This document shows, piece by piece, positions 37,299 to 46,979 of a DNA stretch of 64,000 nucleotides; the first letter of the stretch is position 1; each line of letters begins with the position of its first letter. A model generated the notes under the pieces. That model was not told where the DNA came from, ran no database searches, and saw only the letters and a program-made list of their open reading frames with translations. This DNA is from Trueperaceae bacterium. Its GTDB lineage: Bacteria > Deinococcota > Deinococci > Deinococcales > Trueperaceae. The translations under genes were made by a program, and so were the position numbers. The stretch lies in the NCBI GenBank assembly GCA_034521815.1, contig JAXHLW010000013.1, forward strand, positions 704,001-768,000, given 5' to 3'.

Positions 37299-38394
37299 GT
37301 GGAAGAACTGAAAGAACGCCTCTTGCACCTCCGGGGGTATCTTTGACCTGGCCGGCAAGCAGTCCCGGCTCCAGGCCCTCGAACCGCAGCTGAACGACCC
37401 GACGCTCTGGAACGATCCCGAGCGTGCTCGGGACGTGACGCAGGAAGACGCGCGGCTGCGCCGCGTGGTGGATGCGTATCGCCGAATCGAGGACGACGTC
37501 GAGGGCCTCGTCGAGCTGGCCGAGCTGGCCGGCGTGGACGACGCGGACGAGCTGGCCGAGGAGCGCAGCCGCGTCGAAGCCGAGCTCGAGACGCTCTATC
37601 GCGAGACCCTGTTCCAAGGCCCGCACGACGAGCGACCGGCGATCGTGACGATCAAGCCGGGCGCTGGGGGCACGGAGTCGTCGGACTGGGCAGGCATGCT
37701 GCTCCGGATGTACCGCCGCTTCGCCGAGCGCTCGGGCTTCCGTGTCGAGCTGCTCGACGCGGTCGGCAACGACGCCGCCCCTCAGGGCGTGGACTACGCG
37801 CAGATGATCGTCCGTGGCGAGCGTGCCTACGGGATGCTGTCGGTCGAGAACGGCGTGCACCGGCTGGTCCGCGTCAGTCCGTTCGACGCCCAGGGGCGAC
37901 GCCACACCAGCTTCGCGTCGGTCGAGGTCATGCCCGAGATCGACGACAAGATCGAGCTGGCCATCGACCCGAACGACGTTCGCGTCGACGTGTACCGCTC
38001 GTCCGGTCCCGGGGGGCAGTCCGTGAACACGACCGATTCCGCGGTGCGCGTGGTGTACAAGGCGGGCACGCCCGAGGAGGTCGTCGTGACCTGCCAGGAC
38101 GGCAAGTCCCAGATCAAGAACCGCGAGAAGGCGATGACGGTGCTCCGTAGCCGACTGTTCGAGCGCGAGGAGCGCCGCCGCCGCGAGGAGCAGATGAAGG
38201 CCCGCGGCGAACAGAAGGCGATCGAGTGGGGCTCGCAGATCCGCAGCTACGTGCTGGACAAGCAGTACGTGAAGGACCACCGGACCGCCGCCATGAGCCA
38301 CGACCCCGACGCGGTCCTCGACGGGGACATCGACGCCCTTCTCTGGTCGGGGTTGGAGTGGCAAGCCTCCGAAGCCATCGAGGCGGCCGACTGA
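37299..38394 (+). CDS. prfB: Peptide chain release factor 2, with a programmed +1 frameshift at 37341-37347
   Basis: GTG 37299 follows SD GGGAGG; GGGGG-TAT-CTT-TGA-C slippery site; SPF and GGQ motifs in the downstream frame. Confidence 0.96.
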
Positions 38395-38428
38395 CCGTGC
38401 GCCGGACGCCGATGGACGTGCCGCGACG

Positions 38429-39055
38429 GTGAAGATCCTCGCGATCGCCGACACCGTCTCGCCGTTCGTCTACTCCGAGAACTTCCCGGGGAACCTGCCG
38501 CCCATCGACGTGATCCTGTCGGCCGGCGACATGCCGGGCCACGTGCTCGAGTTCATCGCCACGAAGACGACGGTGCGGCCGGTGTACGTGCTGGGCAACC
38601 ACGGCAACGGCTACCTTCAGCACGCCGACGGCGACGTCCCGACCCTGCCGGGCGGATGCACGAACGCGCACGGCCGCGTGCTGGAGCGGGCCGGGCTTCG
38701 GATCGCCGGAATCGAGGGAAGCGCTCGCTACCGGCCCGGCCCGCACCAGTACTCCGAGGCCGAGATGGAGCGGTTCGCGCTGCGGCTCGGGCCACGCCTC
38801 GCCTGGCATCGCTGGCGCGAGGGGCGCGCGCTGGACGTGCTGCTGACCCACGCGCCGCCCAAGGGTCCGCACGAGGGCGAGGACCACCCCCACCGCGGCG
38901 TCGCCGCGTTCAACCGGATCCATCGTTGGTGGCGTCCGAAGCTCCACGTTCACGGGCACGTCCACCTCAGCGGCGCGAACGCTCCGCGCGAGTACGTGAC
39001 GGACGAGGGCGTGCGCGTCGTGAACGCGTTCGGCTTCGCCCTGATCGACCTGTGA
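38429..39055 (+). CDS. Metallophosphoesterase
   Basis: Motifs ILAIAD, SAGD, VLGNH, LLTHAPP, HVHGHVH. Confidence 0.85.
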   Translation: MKILAIADTVSPFVYSENFPGNLPPIDVILSAGDMPGHVLEFIATKTTVRPVYVLGNHGNGYLQHADGDVPTLPGGCTNAHGRVLERAGLRIAGIEGSARYRPGPHQYSEAEMERFALRLGPRLAWHRWREGRALDVLLTHAPPKGPHEGEDHPHRGVAAFNRIHRWWRPKLHVHGHVHLSGANAPREYVTDEGVRVVNAFGFALIDL

Positions 39056-39127
39056 GGCTCGCTGCGCGGCGACGGTCGCGCCACGGCGCGACGATGCGGG
39101 CGACCGCGGCGCGATAGCCTCGGCGCG

Positions 39128-40141
39128 ATGGAGATCCTGCCCCTGCCCGACCCCTCCGCGCCCGACCCCGCCGCCTGGACCGCGCTCGAAGCCGGCGCGA
39201 TCGTCGTCGAGCTTCCCTCGGTCGGCTCGCTGCGGATCACGGGAGACGACCGGATCGCGTTCCTTCACGGCCAGCTCGCCCACGACGTGCGGTCGCTGCC
39301 CGTCGGCGGCGCGCTGCGCACCCTGCAGCTGAACGTCAAGGGACATGCGCTGGCCGAGATGACGCTCCACCGCCGCGAGCAGGACGTGCACCTCGCCGTC
39401 GAGGACGGCGCGGCGGCCGAGGTGGCGCGCCGTCTGCACGACCACGTGGTGTTCGACCAGGTGACGATCGAGGATCTAGGCGGCGTTCTGAGGACGGTGA
39501 CGTTGCAGGGTCCATCCGCCCTCGCCGTCGTCCAGCGCGCGTTCGACGTGGCGCCTCCAGCGAGCGGGTTCGCCCCGGTGGCGTTCGACGACGCCACGCT
39601 GCTGGTCGTCCGGTCGCGCCGGAGCGTGCCGGGCGGCGTCGACGTGCACGTTCTGGCGCGGCAGGCGGACGCCGTCGTGCGCCGGCTCGTGGACGCCGGT
39701 GCCGCCATCGGCGACGTCGCCTCGCTCGAGGCGTCCCGCGTCGAGGCGGGCGTTCCCCGCGCCGGACGCGAGGCGGGCCCCGGCGTGCTGCCGCAGGAGG
39801 CCGGGCTGCACGATGCGATCAGCACGCGCAAAGGCTGTTACCTGGGGCAGGAGACCATGGCGCGGATCGAGGCGAGGGCGCAGGTGCGTCGCGGCCTGGC
39901 TCGCCTCACGCTGGGCGAGGAGCGGGCCGACCTCGCGGCCGACCTCGAGCACGATCGCGCGCAGCGCGGCGACGCCGCGGCGAGCGACGTGCGCGCTGGC
40001 GACCGGGTCGTCGGCCGCCTGGGCACGCTGGTCCGCCATCCCCGCCTGGGGCTCGTGGCGCTCGCCGTCGTCCGGTCCGGTCTGGAGCCGGACGCGACGC
40101 TCGTGGCGGCCGGGCGCCCCGCTGCTATCGTGCGTCCATGA
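39128..40141 (+). CDS. ygfZ: YgfZ/GcvT-like folate-binding protein
   Basis: Signature [20 protein letters not shown]. Confidence 0.88.
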   Translation: MEILPLPDPSAPDPAAWTALEAGAIVVELPSVGSLRITGDDRIAFLHGQLAHDVRSLPVGGALRTLQLNVKGHALAEMTLHRREQDVHLAVEDGAAAEVARRLHDHVVFDQVTIEDLGGVLRTVTLQGPSALAVVQRAFDVAPPASGFAPVAFDDATLLVVRSRRSVPGGVDVHVLARQADAVVRRLVDAGAAIGDVASLEASRVEAGVPRAGREAGPGVLPQEAGLHDAISTRKGCYLGQETMARIEARAQVRRGLARLTLGEERADLAADLEHDRAQRGDAAASDVRAGDRVVGRLGTLVRHPRLGLVALAVVRSGLEPDATLVAAGRPAAIVRP

Positions 40142-40593
40142 CGCCCTCACGGCCCAGCGCGGAGACGGCGACCCTGCCGGCGACCCTGCCGATCCGCGTG
40201 CTGGTCGCCAAACCGGGTCTGGACGGTCACGATCGCGGCGCGAAGGTGATCGCGCGAGCGCTTCGCGACGCCGGGATGGAGGTCGTCTATACCGGCCTTC
40301 GCCAGACGGCCGAGATGATCGTGGCCGCGGCGCTGCAGGAGGACGTGGACGCGATCGGCTTGTCGGTGCTGTCAGGGGCCCACATGCACTACTTCCGCGA
40401 GGTGCACGAGCGACTCTCGGCCCAGGATGCCGAGGATGTCCTGCTGTTCGGCGGCGGCATCGTTCCCAGCACGGACGCAGAGGAGCTTCGCCGGCTGGGC
40501 GTCGGACGGATCTTCACGCCCGGATCGGCCACGACCGACGTCGTCTCCTACCTCAGGGAGGAGATCGCCCGCCGACGGACGACAGCGTCCTGA
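40138..40593 (+). CDS. Cobalamin-binding subunit of a methylmalonyl-CoA mutase-like enzyme
   Basis: Motifs [13 protein letters not shown] (DxHxxG), [13 protein letters not shown]. Confidence 0.92.
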   Translation: MTPSRPSAETATLPATLPIRVLVAKPGLDGHDRGAKVIARALRDAGMEVVYTGLRQTAEMIVAAALQEDVDAIGLSVLSGAHMHYFREVHERLSAQDAEDVLLFGGGIVPSTDAEELRRLGVGRIFTPGSATTDVVSYLREEIARRRTTAS

Positions 40594-40696
40594 GGGACGG
40601 CGAGATCGCAGCGAGGTCCCAGCGCGGTCGCGCTACCAGCCGGCCGCTCACGAAAATCTCACGCACGCAGCGATCGATACGTGTACGCTCGCACGA

Positions 40697-41713
40697 GTGT
40701 CGTACTACCGTCCTGCACCCCTTCTGATCAGCGCACGCATCATCGTCCTCGCCGCGTCCCTCGGGTTCGCGGCGTTCGTTCATGCCGACGGCTATGCGCT
40801 GCGCACGGTCCGACCGGGCGACACGCTCGGAGGCGTGGCCTCGCTCTACGGCCTTCCCGTCGAAGCGCTTCAGGAGGCGAACGACCTGAACGGCATCCTC
40901 GTCCATCCGGGCGACGTGCTTCGCATCCCGCTCGGGGAAGCCACCGGTGGTCTTGCCGATCCCGCGCCCGAGCCGCCCCCGGGCTTCGGCCGGCACGTCT
41001 TGGCGCCCGGCGAAACGCTGAGCGAGATCACCTCCGCGTACGGCATCGACCTGCAAGCGCTGGTCGGTGCGAACCCGGACCTCAGCTCGCTCGACAGGCT
41101 CCCGGTGGGCGTGGAGCTGCTGATCCCGCCGGGCCCCGGACTGCTCGTCACCTGGGAGCCGGGCCTGGATCTCGCCGAGCTGCTCCGTGAGCACGGCGCC
41201 GACCCGGTGTCGGTGCTGCGCACGAACGCGATCCACGCTCCCAGCGACCTGCGGCCCGGCATGCTGCTGTGGCTCCCCGGCGTCGAGCCGTCCCGTGCGC
41301 TCGAGCGTCTAGCGAAGGTCCGCGAGCTCGAGAACCGCTACGTCTGGCCGGTCCACGGCCGCATCACCAGCTACTACGGACGCCGCAATCTGGGACTCGG
41401 AACGTCGAGCTTCCACCGCGGACTGGACGTCGCGGCACCGACCGGAACGACCATCGTCGCGTCTCGGAGCGGCACCGTGTCGTTCGCCGGCTGGTCGGGG
41501 AGCTACGGCTACCTGGTCCGCATCCGCCATTCCGGCGGCGACGAGACCTGGTACGCGCACCAGAGCAGCATCCTGGTCTCGGTCGGACAGTGGGTCGAGC
41601 AGAACCAGCCGATCGGTCGCGTCGGGTCCACGGGGCTCTCCACGGGCCCGCACATCCACTTCGAGATCCGCCGTCGCGGAACGTCGCTCGATCCGCTGGG
41701 CGAGCTGAACTGA
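40697..41713 (+). CDS. LysM-repeat M23 family peptidoglycan endopeptidase
   Basis: Signal/TM segment; LysM repeats (VRPGDTL, LAPGETL); HRGLD, YAH, STGPHIHFE. GTG 40697 is 7 nt after TACGCT. Confidence 0.9.
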   Translation: MSYYRPAPLLISARIIVLAASLGFAAFVHADGYALRTVRPGDTLGGVASLYGLPVEALQEANDLNGILVHPGDVLRIPLGEATGGLADPAPEPPPGFGRHVLAPGETLSEITSAYGIDLQALVGANPDLSSLDRLPVGVELLIPPGPGLLVTWEPGLDLAELLREHGADPVSVLRTNAIHAPSDLRPGMLLWLPGVEPSRALERLAKVRELENRYVWPVHGRITSYYGRRNLGLGTSSFHRGLDVAAPTGTTIVASRSGTVSFAGWSGSYGYLVRIRHSGGDETWYAHQSSILVSVGQWVEQNQPIGRVGSTGLSTGPHIHFEIRRRGTSLDPLGELN

Positions 41714-41750
41714 GCCGGAAGCCGACCTGAGCCGGAACGCGATCTGAACC
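41711..41750 (+). repeat. 17-bp period repeat carrying TGA at 41711, 41728 and 41745
   Basis: TGAGCCGGAAGCCGACC / TGAGCCGGAACGCGATC / TGAACCGG. Confidence 0.75.
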
Positions 41751-41764
41751 GGGGGCGGGCGGCC

Positions 41765-42466
41765 TCAGCCGTCCTTGGCCCAGAGGATTCGTCCGCACGA
41801 CGGGCATCGCACCACGGACGCCCCCTTCTTCGCCTTCTGCACCACGTGGATCGGGAGCTGCACGTTGCAGCCTCCGCACCGCCGGCCCTCGGCCAGCTCG
41901 ACCAGGCCGACGCCGCGCTTCGAGCGCCGCACCTGCTCGTACTGCTTCAAGAGCGGCTTCTGCACGTCGGCGGCCAGGGCGTTCCGAGCCTCGCGCAGCT
42001 CCGTCTCGCGCACGTCGATCTCGGCGAGACGCTCTTCCTCCTGGGATTCCATCTCGTCGTGCCGGGGCACGAGCTCGGCGAGCTGGGCCTCGAGCTCGGC
42101 GACGACCGTCTCGAGCTCCTCGAGCTCGCCCATGAGCGGGAGGGTGTCCTCCTCGAGCTCCTGCGCACGGGTGGAGAACTGCAGCTCCTGATTCTGGAAC
42201 TGGGCCGCCTCCTTGGGGCTGTCCGCCCGCAACGACGACTCCGACGCGACCTTCACGCGGTCGCGCAATCCTTGCAGCTCGACGTCGGCTGCGCGCACGC
42301 GCGCCCGGAGCGCATCGCGCTCGGTCGTTCGATCGGCGAGACGCGACTCGAGAGCGCGGCGCTCGCTCCGGATCTCGACGAGCTCGGCGGGCACCTGCGC
42401 CCGCTCGGCGTCGAGGGAATCGAGCTGCAGATCGCGGGCCTGCACCTCGCTCAATCGTTCCAGCAT
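41765..42466 (-). CDS. Coiled-coil, C4 zinc-ribbon protein (DUF164/CT398-like)
   Basis: Long coiled coil followed by CGGC...CPSCGRIL; SD GGAGG. Confidence 0.88.
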   Translation of the reverse strand: MLERLSEVQARDLQLDSLDAERAQVPAELVEIRSERRALESRLADRTTERDALRARVRAADVELQGLRDRVKVASESSLRADSPKEAAQFQNQELQFSTRAQELEEDTLPLMGELEELETVVAELEAQLAELVPRHDEMESQEEERLAEIDVRETELREARNALAADVQKPLLKQYEQVRRSKRGVGLVELAEGRRCGGCNVQLPIHVVQKAKKGASVVRCPSCGRILWAKDG

Positions 42467-42637
42467 GTCGTCCTCCAGAATGACGCTGCAGCGACGCCTC
42501 CCGGCAGGCGCGCCCAGTGACGCGCCCAATGAAAACTCCGTCCGGCGTCGGCCGAACGGAGGAACGTTCCGTCCAATTTTGCGGAGGCTTCGGTCACGCC
42601 CACCAGGATAGCACGCGTCCGAGGTATGGTCGTGGCC

Positions 42638-43129
42638 ATGATCGAGGAGGGTCCCGACGCGTTCATGAAGCGCTGGCGCGAGTACGCGTCCGACGCCGTG
42701 CTGTTCGCGCGGCCGGAGGGCAGTCCGCTCCTCGAGGCGGAGCTCGGCGGAGCCGTCTTGCAGCTGCTCGAGCGCACGAATCCGTACCTGGCGAGCCCCG
42801 GCGCCGCCCGGCTGCTCGTCAACCCCACCGCGACGCTGATCGAGGTCGCCGAGGAGCCGGCCGGGGAGGACGAGGCCCCCGAGCTGATCGTGCCTGCCAG
42901 GGGCGCCGTCTCGGGACGGGGGCGCGTCGTCGAGGCCGAAGGGCGCATCGTGGTCGTCGACGCCGGAACGCCGATCGTGCTGGCGTGCGAAGGCGTTCCG
43001 CCGGAGGGCGCCACGACGATCGGCGCCTGGGTTCGCTTCGAGGCCGCCCCGCCGATCCACGGCTTCGTCGTGTCGGCGGGCGTGCGCGCGAGACCGACCG
43101 AGCTCACCCCGATCGACGAAGCGCACTGA
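42638..43129 (+). CDS. Hypothetical protein
   Basis: Protein-like ORF; ATG 42638 is 7 nt after TATGGT. Confidence 0.7.
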   Translation: MIEEGPDAFMKRWREYASDAVLFARPEGSPLLEAELGGAVLQLLERTNPYLASPGAARLLVNPTATLIEVAEEPAGEDEAPELIVPARGAVSGRGRVVEAEGRIVVVDAGTPIVLACEGVPPEGATTIGAWVRFEAAPPIHGFVVSAGVRARPTELTPIDEAH

Positions 43130-43247
43130 CGCGGCGCGCGCGGCCGAGCGCGCGGCCGAGCGCGCGGCTCACGACGCGCGCCGGCGAGCGGTCGGTCTGT
43201 CGTCCTGCCGGGCGCGCCGCCGCCGCCGCTCTGCTACGGTGGCCCGC

Positions 43248-44636
43248 ATGCCGCTTCCAGATCCCCTCCGGCCTACCCCCACGGTGCACCGCGTCACGCC
43301 CGGCAGTCCTGCCGAGCGCGCCGGCGTTCGCCCGGGATGGCGCCTGTGGGACGTGGGCGGCGCCGAGATCCCCGACATCCTCGCCTACCGTCGCGAGCTG
43401 GCACGCGGCGACGTCGAGCTTCGGCTCGTCGATCCAGGCGGCCATGAGCATCGACTCTCGGTCGCGTGGGAAGACCCCGGCCTCGAGTTCGACGACGTGA
43501 TCTTCGACGGCATCCGCCGCTGCGCGAACAAGTGCGAGTTCTGCTACGTCCACCAGATGCCGCAGGGGTTCCGCAAGAGCCTGTACATGATGGACGACGA
43601 CTTCCGCACCAGCTTCCTCTACGGCAGCTTCGTGACGATGACGAACCTCAGCGACCACGACGTGCAGCGCATCCTCGACGAACAGCTGAGCCCTCTCTAC
43701 GTCTCGGTGCACACCGCGAACGAGGACCTTCGCGCCGACATGATGAAGTGGTGGCGGCTCAAGGTGAAGGATCCGCGGGCGACGCGCATCCGCGACATGA
43801 TCGAGCGTCTGGAGCCGATCGATCTGTACACGCAGATGGTGCTTCTGCCCGGACGCAACGATGGCGAGCACCTCGAAGAGACGCTGGCCTACCTGGCGTC
43901 GCGGCCCAACGTCCAGGCGGTGGCCGCCGTCCCCGTGGGCCTGACCGATCACCGCAGGAACCTGCCCGACCTGCGTCCCTACCGGCCGGACGAGGCCGAG
44001 GACGTGATCAGACGGACCGAAGCGGTGCAGCGGCGCATGCTGGCCGAGCGTGGCTCGCGCTTCGTGTTCCTCTCCGACGAGTTCTACCTGACGGCGGGGC
44101 GCCCCCTGCCCTCCGCCGAGGCGTACGAGGGGTTCCCGATGCTCGAGAACGGCGTCGGCATGGTGCGCGACTTCCTGGCACGCCCCCTGCCTCCGTTGCC
44201 GGCGGCGCTCGACCGACCGCGCAAGGTCCTGTTGGCCACCGGCGCCCTGTTCGCGCCCGTGCTCGAGCGGGCCGTCGAGCCGTTGCGTGCCGTGGGCGGC
44301 CTCGAGATCGAGGTCCGCGCGCTCGCGAATCGCACCTTCGGCGAGGTCACCACGGTGGCGGGCCTGCTGGCGGGACGCGACATCCTGCTCGGCATCGAGC
44401 CGGGCGAGGCCGACCTGCTCCTGCTCAGCCCCAACGTGCTCAAGTACGGCACCGAGACGCTCCTGGACGACCGCACGCTGGACGATCTCCGCCGCGAGCT
44501 GCGAATGGCCGTCGAGCCGGGGGGGACCGACCTGGCCGAGCTGGCCACCAGCATCCTGACCGGCGCGGGCGAGCGCCACCTGCCGCAGTTCGGCTTCTCG
44601 ACGCACGCCATCAAGGAGAGCGCCAAGCAGCACTGA
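43248..44636 (+). CDS. PDZ plus radical-SAM-like DUF512 protein
   Basis: N-terminal PDZ-like VTPGSPAERAG; CANKCEFC (CxxxCxxC), DDDFRTSFLYGSFVT, SDEFY, LENGVG. Confidence 0.88.
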   Translation: MPLPDPLRPTPTVHRVTPGSPAERAGVRPGWRLWDVGGAEIPDILAYRRELARGDVELRLVDPGGHEHRLSVAWEDPGLEFDDVIFDGIRRCANKCEFCYVHQMPQGFRKSLYMMDDDFRTSFLYGSFVTMTNLSDHDVQRILDEQLSPLYVSVHTANEDLRADMMKWWRLKVKDPRATRIRDMIERLEPIDLYTQMVLLPGRNDGEHLEETLAYLASRPNVQAVAAVPVGLTDHRRNLPDLRPYRPDEAEDVIRRTEAVQRRMLAERGSRFVFLSDEFYLTAGRPLPSAEAYEGFPMLENGVGMVRDFLARPLPPLPAALDRPRKVLLATGALFAPVLERAVEPLRAVGGLEIEVRALANRTFGEVTTVAGLLAGRDILLGIEPGEADLLLLSPNVLKYGTETLLDDRTLDDLRRELRMAVEPGGTDLAELATSILTGAGERHLPQFGFSTHAIKESAKQH

Positions 44637-44642
44637 ACGGCG

Positions 44643-44668
44643 GCCCACGGGCGTTCGCGCTCGTGGGC
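44643..44668 (+). terminator. Hairpin with UUCG loop after the DUF512 gene
   Basis: GCCCACGGGCG-TTCG-CGCTCGTGGGC; no U-tract. Confidence 0.45.
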
Positions 44669-44682
44669 GGTAGCATGGCGTC

Positions 44683-46065
44683 ATGATCGACATCGACCTC
44701 CGCAACCTGTCCGCGAGCCGCATCGGCCCCGACCGAGGGTTCGACCTCGACGCAGAGACGGCCGCGCTGGCGCCGCACCTGGACCGCGACGCCGACGCGC
44801 TGCGCGGGCGACGGAGCGATCCGGCGCAGATGCTGGGCTGGATCGACCTTCCCACCGACCAGGACGCCGTCGTGGACGACATCGAAGCGTACGCGCAGGA
44901 GGCTTTCGGCCGCTTCGACGACCTGGTGGTGCTGGGGATCGGCGGGTCCAGCCTGGGGGCGGCGGCGGTCGTCTCGGCGCTGCAGCATCCGGCCCGCGCG
45001 CTGCAGGGGAGCGCCGGGCACGGCCTCCGCGTCCACTTCGTGGACAACGTCGACGCGGACGTGGTGGGCGGTCTGCTCGAGGTGCTCGACCCCGCGCGAA
45101 CGCTCGTGAACGTGATCAGCAAGAGCGGAACGACGGCCGAGACGATGGCCGCCTACCTGGCGTTCGAGGCGTGGCTCCGCGCGGAGCTGGGCGACGGGTT
45201 CCGCGAGCACGTCGCGATCACCACCGACCCGGAGACCGGCATCCTGCGGCCGCTGGCCGAACGGGACGACATCCGCGCGTTCGCGGTGCCGCCCTCGGTC
45301 GGGGGCCGCTTCAGCGTCCTCTCGCCGGTGGGGCTCCTGCCCATCGCTTTGGCGGGCGCGGACGTCCGAGCCTTGCTGGCGGGAGCCGCCCGCGCCAACG
45401 AGGCCGCCGCCCGTCCGCTCCACGAGAGCGCGCCGAAGCTGGGCGCGGCGGCCCAGCTGTTGACCGCACGCCGTGGAGCGATGATCAGCGTCCTGATGCC
45501 GTACTCGACGCGGCTGCGGCGCCTCTCGGACTGGTTCGTGCAGCTCTGGGCCGAGTCGCTGGGCAAGGCCGTGAACCGTCGGGGCGCCCGCGTCCACGCC
45601 GGAACGACGCCGCTGCCCGCGGTGGGGACGACCGATCAGCACTCGCAGGTCCAGCTGTTCAACGAGGGGCCGTTCGACAAGGTCGTCGCCTTCGTCCGCA
45701 TCGGCGAGCCCGATCAGGACCGTCCGATCCCGGAGCCGCGCGAAGGGCTCGGCGCTCTCGCGTACCTGGGCGGGAAACGCTTCCACGAGCTGATGAACGC
45801 CGAGCTGGCCGCGACCGCGCACGCGCTGGCCGCTCACCGCCGAGCGAACTACACGCTCCGCCTGCCTCGGGCCGACGCCGAGCACCTCGGCGAGCTGCTG
45901 CAGACGCTGATGTGGCAGACCGCCCTGGTCGGCGAGCGCTGGGGGATCGACGCCTACGACCAGCCCGGCGTCGAGCTGGGCAAGGTGTACACCTACGCCC
46001 TGATGGGTCGCGACGGGTTCGACGAGGAGCGCCGCGAGCTGGCCGACGCCGGCGTGGACGCCTAG
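44683..46065 (+). CDS. pgi: Glucose-6-phosphate isomerase
   Basis: Motifs LGIGGSSLG, VISKSGTTAET, VGGRFSVLS, QLWAESLGK, DQPGVELGK. Confidence 0.95.
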   Translation: MIDIDLRNLSASRIGPDRGFDLDAETAALAPHLDRDADALRGRRSDPAQMLGWIDLPTDQDAVVDDIEAYAQEAFGRFDDLVVLGIGGSSLGAAAVVSALQHPARALQGSAGHGLRVHFVDNVDADVVGGLLEVLDPARTLVNVISKSGTTAETMAAYLAFEAWLRAELGDGFREHVAITTDPETGILRPLAERDDIRAFAVPPSVGGRFSVLSPVGLLPIALAGADVRALLAGAARANEAAARPLHESAPKLGAAAQLLTARRGAMISVLMPYSTRLRRLSDWFVQLWAESLGKAVNRRGARVHAGTTPLPAVGTTDQHSQVQLFNEGPFDKVVAFVRIGEPDQDRPIPEPREGLGALAYLGGKRFHELMNAELAATAHALAAHRRANYTLRLPRADAEHLGELLQTLMWQTALVGERWGIDAYDQPGVELGKVYTYALMGRDGFDEERRELADAGVDA

Positions 46066-46075
46066 CCAGGTGCCC

Positions 46076-46954
46076 ATGAGCGACACCTTCATGGCGCGAC
46101 CACGGCGCGACGTGCGCACCTTCCTGTCGTTCGTGAAGTTCGAGCACACCCTGTTCGCGCTGCCGTTCGCGTACGCGGGGATGGTGCTGGCCGCGCGCGG
46201 CTGGCCCGGGCTCGCGACGTTCGCGTGGATCACGGTCGCCATGGTCGGCGCCCGGACCGCGGCGATGGCGATCAACCGGGTCGTGGACGCACGCATCGAC
46301 GCGCGCAACCCACGGACGGCGGACCGCGAGATCCCGACCGGCAGGCTGACGCGTCGCGACGGGATCGCCCTGGCCATCGTCGGCTTCGCGCTGCTCGGCG
46401 TCGCCGGCTGGGCCCTGAACCCGTTGACCGCCGCGCTGCTGCCGGTCGCGGCCCTGTTCCTGATCCTCTACCCGTGGACGAAACGCGTGACCTGGGCATG
46501 CCACGCCTGGCTGGGCGTCACGATCGGCGCCGCCGCGGCAGGAGGGGCGATCGCCGTCACCGGCCGATTCGACGTCGAGGCGGTGCTGCTCTGGGTGGCG
46601 GTCGGCGCCTGGATCGCGGGGTTCGACGTGATCTACGCGCTGCTCGATCTCGAGTTCGACCGGGAGCACGCCGTGCACAGCGTGCCGGCGCGGTTCGGCG
46701 TGCGCCGCGCGCTCGCGATCTCGGCGGGGGCGCACGTCGTCGCCAGCGCCGCGCTGCTCGCGCTGGGGGCGGTGTCGCCGTTGGGCTGGCCGTACCTGGT
46801 CGTCGTGTCGCTCGGCGTGGTGCCGCTGCTGGTCGCGCAGCAGCTGCTGGTCCGTCGGCGCGGCGCCGGGGCCGCGCTCCGCGCGTTCAACGCCAACTTG
46901 TGGGTGTCGGCGCTGGTCCTCATCGGCGTCGCGTTGGATCTGGCACGAAGCTAG
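46076..46954 (+). CDS. UbiA-family polyprenyltransferase (MqnP-like)
   Basis: Motifs VKFEHTLFALPFA, NRVVDARIDARNPRT.REIP, GFDVIYALLD.EFD. Confidence 0.88.
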   Translation: MSDTFMARPRRDVRTFLSFVKFEHTLFALPFAYAGMVLAARGWPGLATFAWITVAMVGARTAAMAINRVVDARIDARNPRTADREIPTGRLTRRDGIALAIVGFALLGVAGWALNPLTAALLPVAALFLILYPWTKRVTWACHAWLGVTIGAAAAGGAIAVTGRFDVEAVLLWVAVGAWIAGFDVIYALLDLEFDREHAVHSVPARFGVRRALAISAGAHVVASAALLALGAVSPLGWPYLVVVSLGVVPLLVAQQLLVRRRGAGAALRAFNANLWVSALVLIGVALDLARS

Positions 46955-46979
46955 CGCCCGTCGCTGGTAGCCTGGGGGC

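Noticed and set aside
37341..37347. In-frame stop in prfB as a pseudogene or sequencing error
   Set aside because: It is the canonical programmed frameshift site.
40594..40696. c-di-AMP (ydaO) or cobalamin riboswitch near the M23 peptidase or B12 genes
   Set aside because: Consensus elements were not recognisable, and the gene appears leaderless.
42467..42610. RNase P RNA next to the zinc-ribbon gene
   Set aside because: The region is too short and lacks the GAGGAAAGUCC signature.
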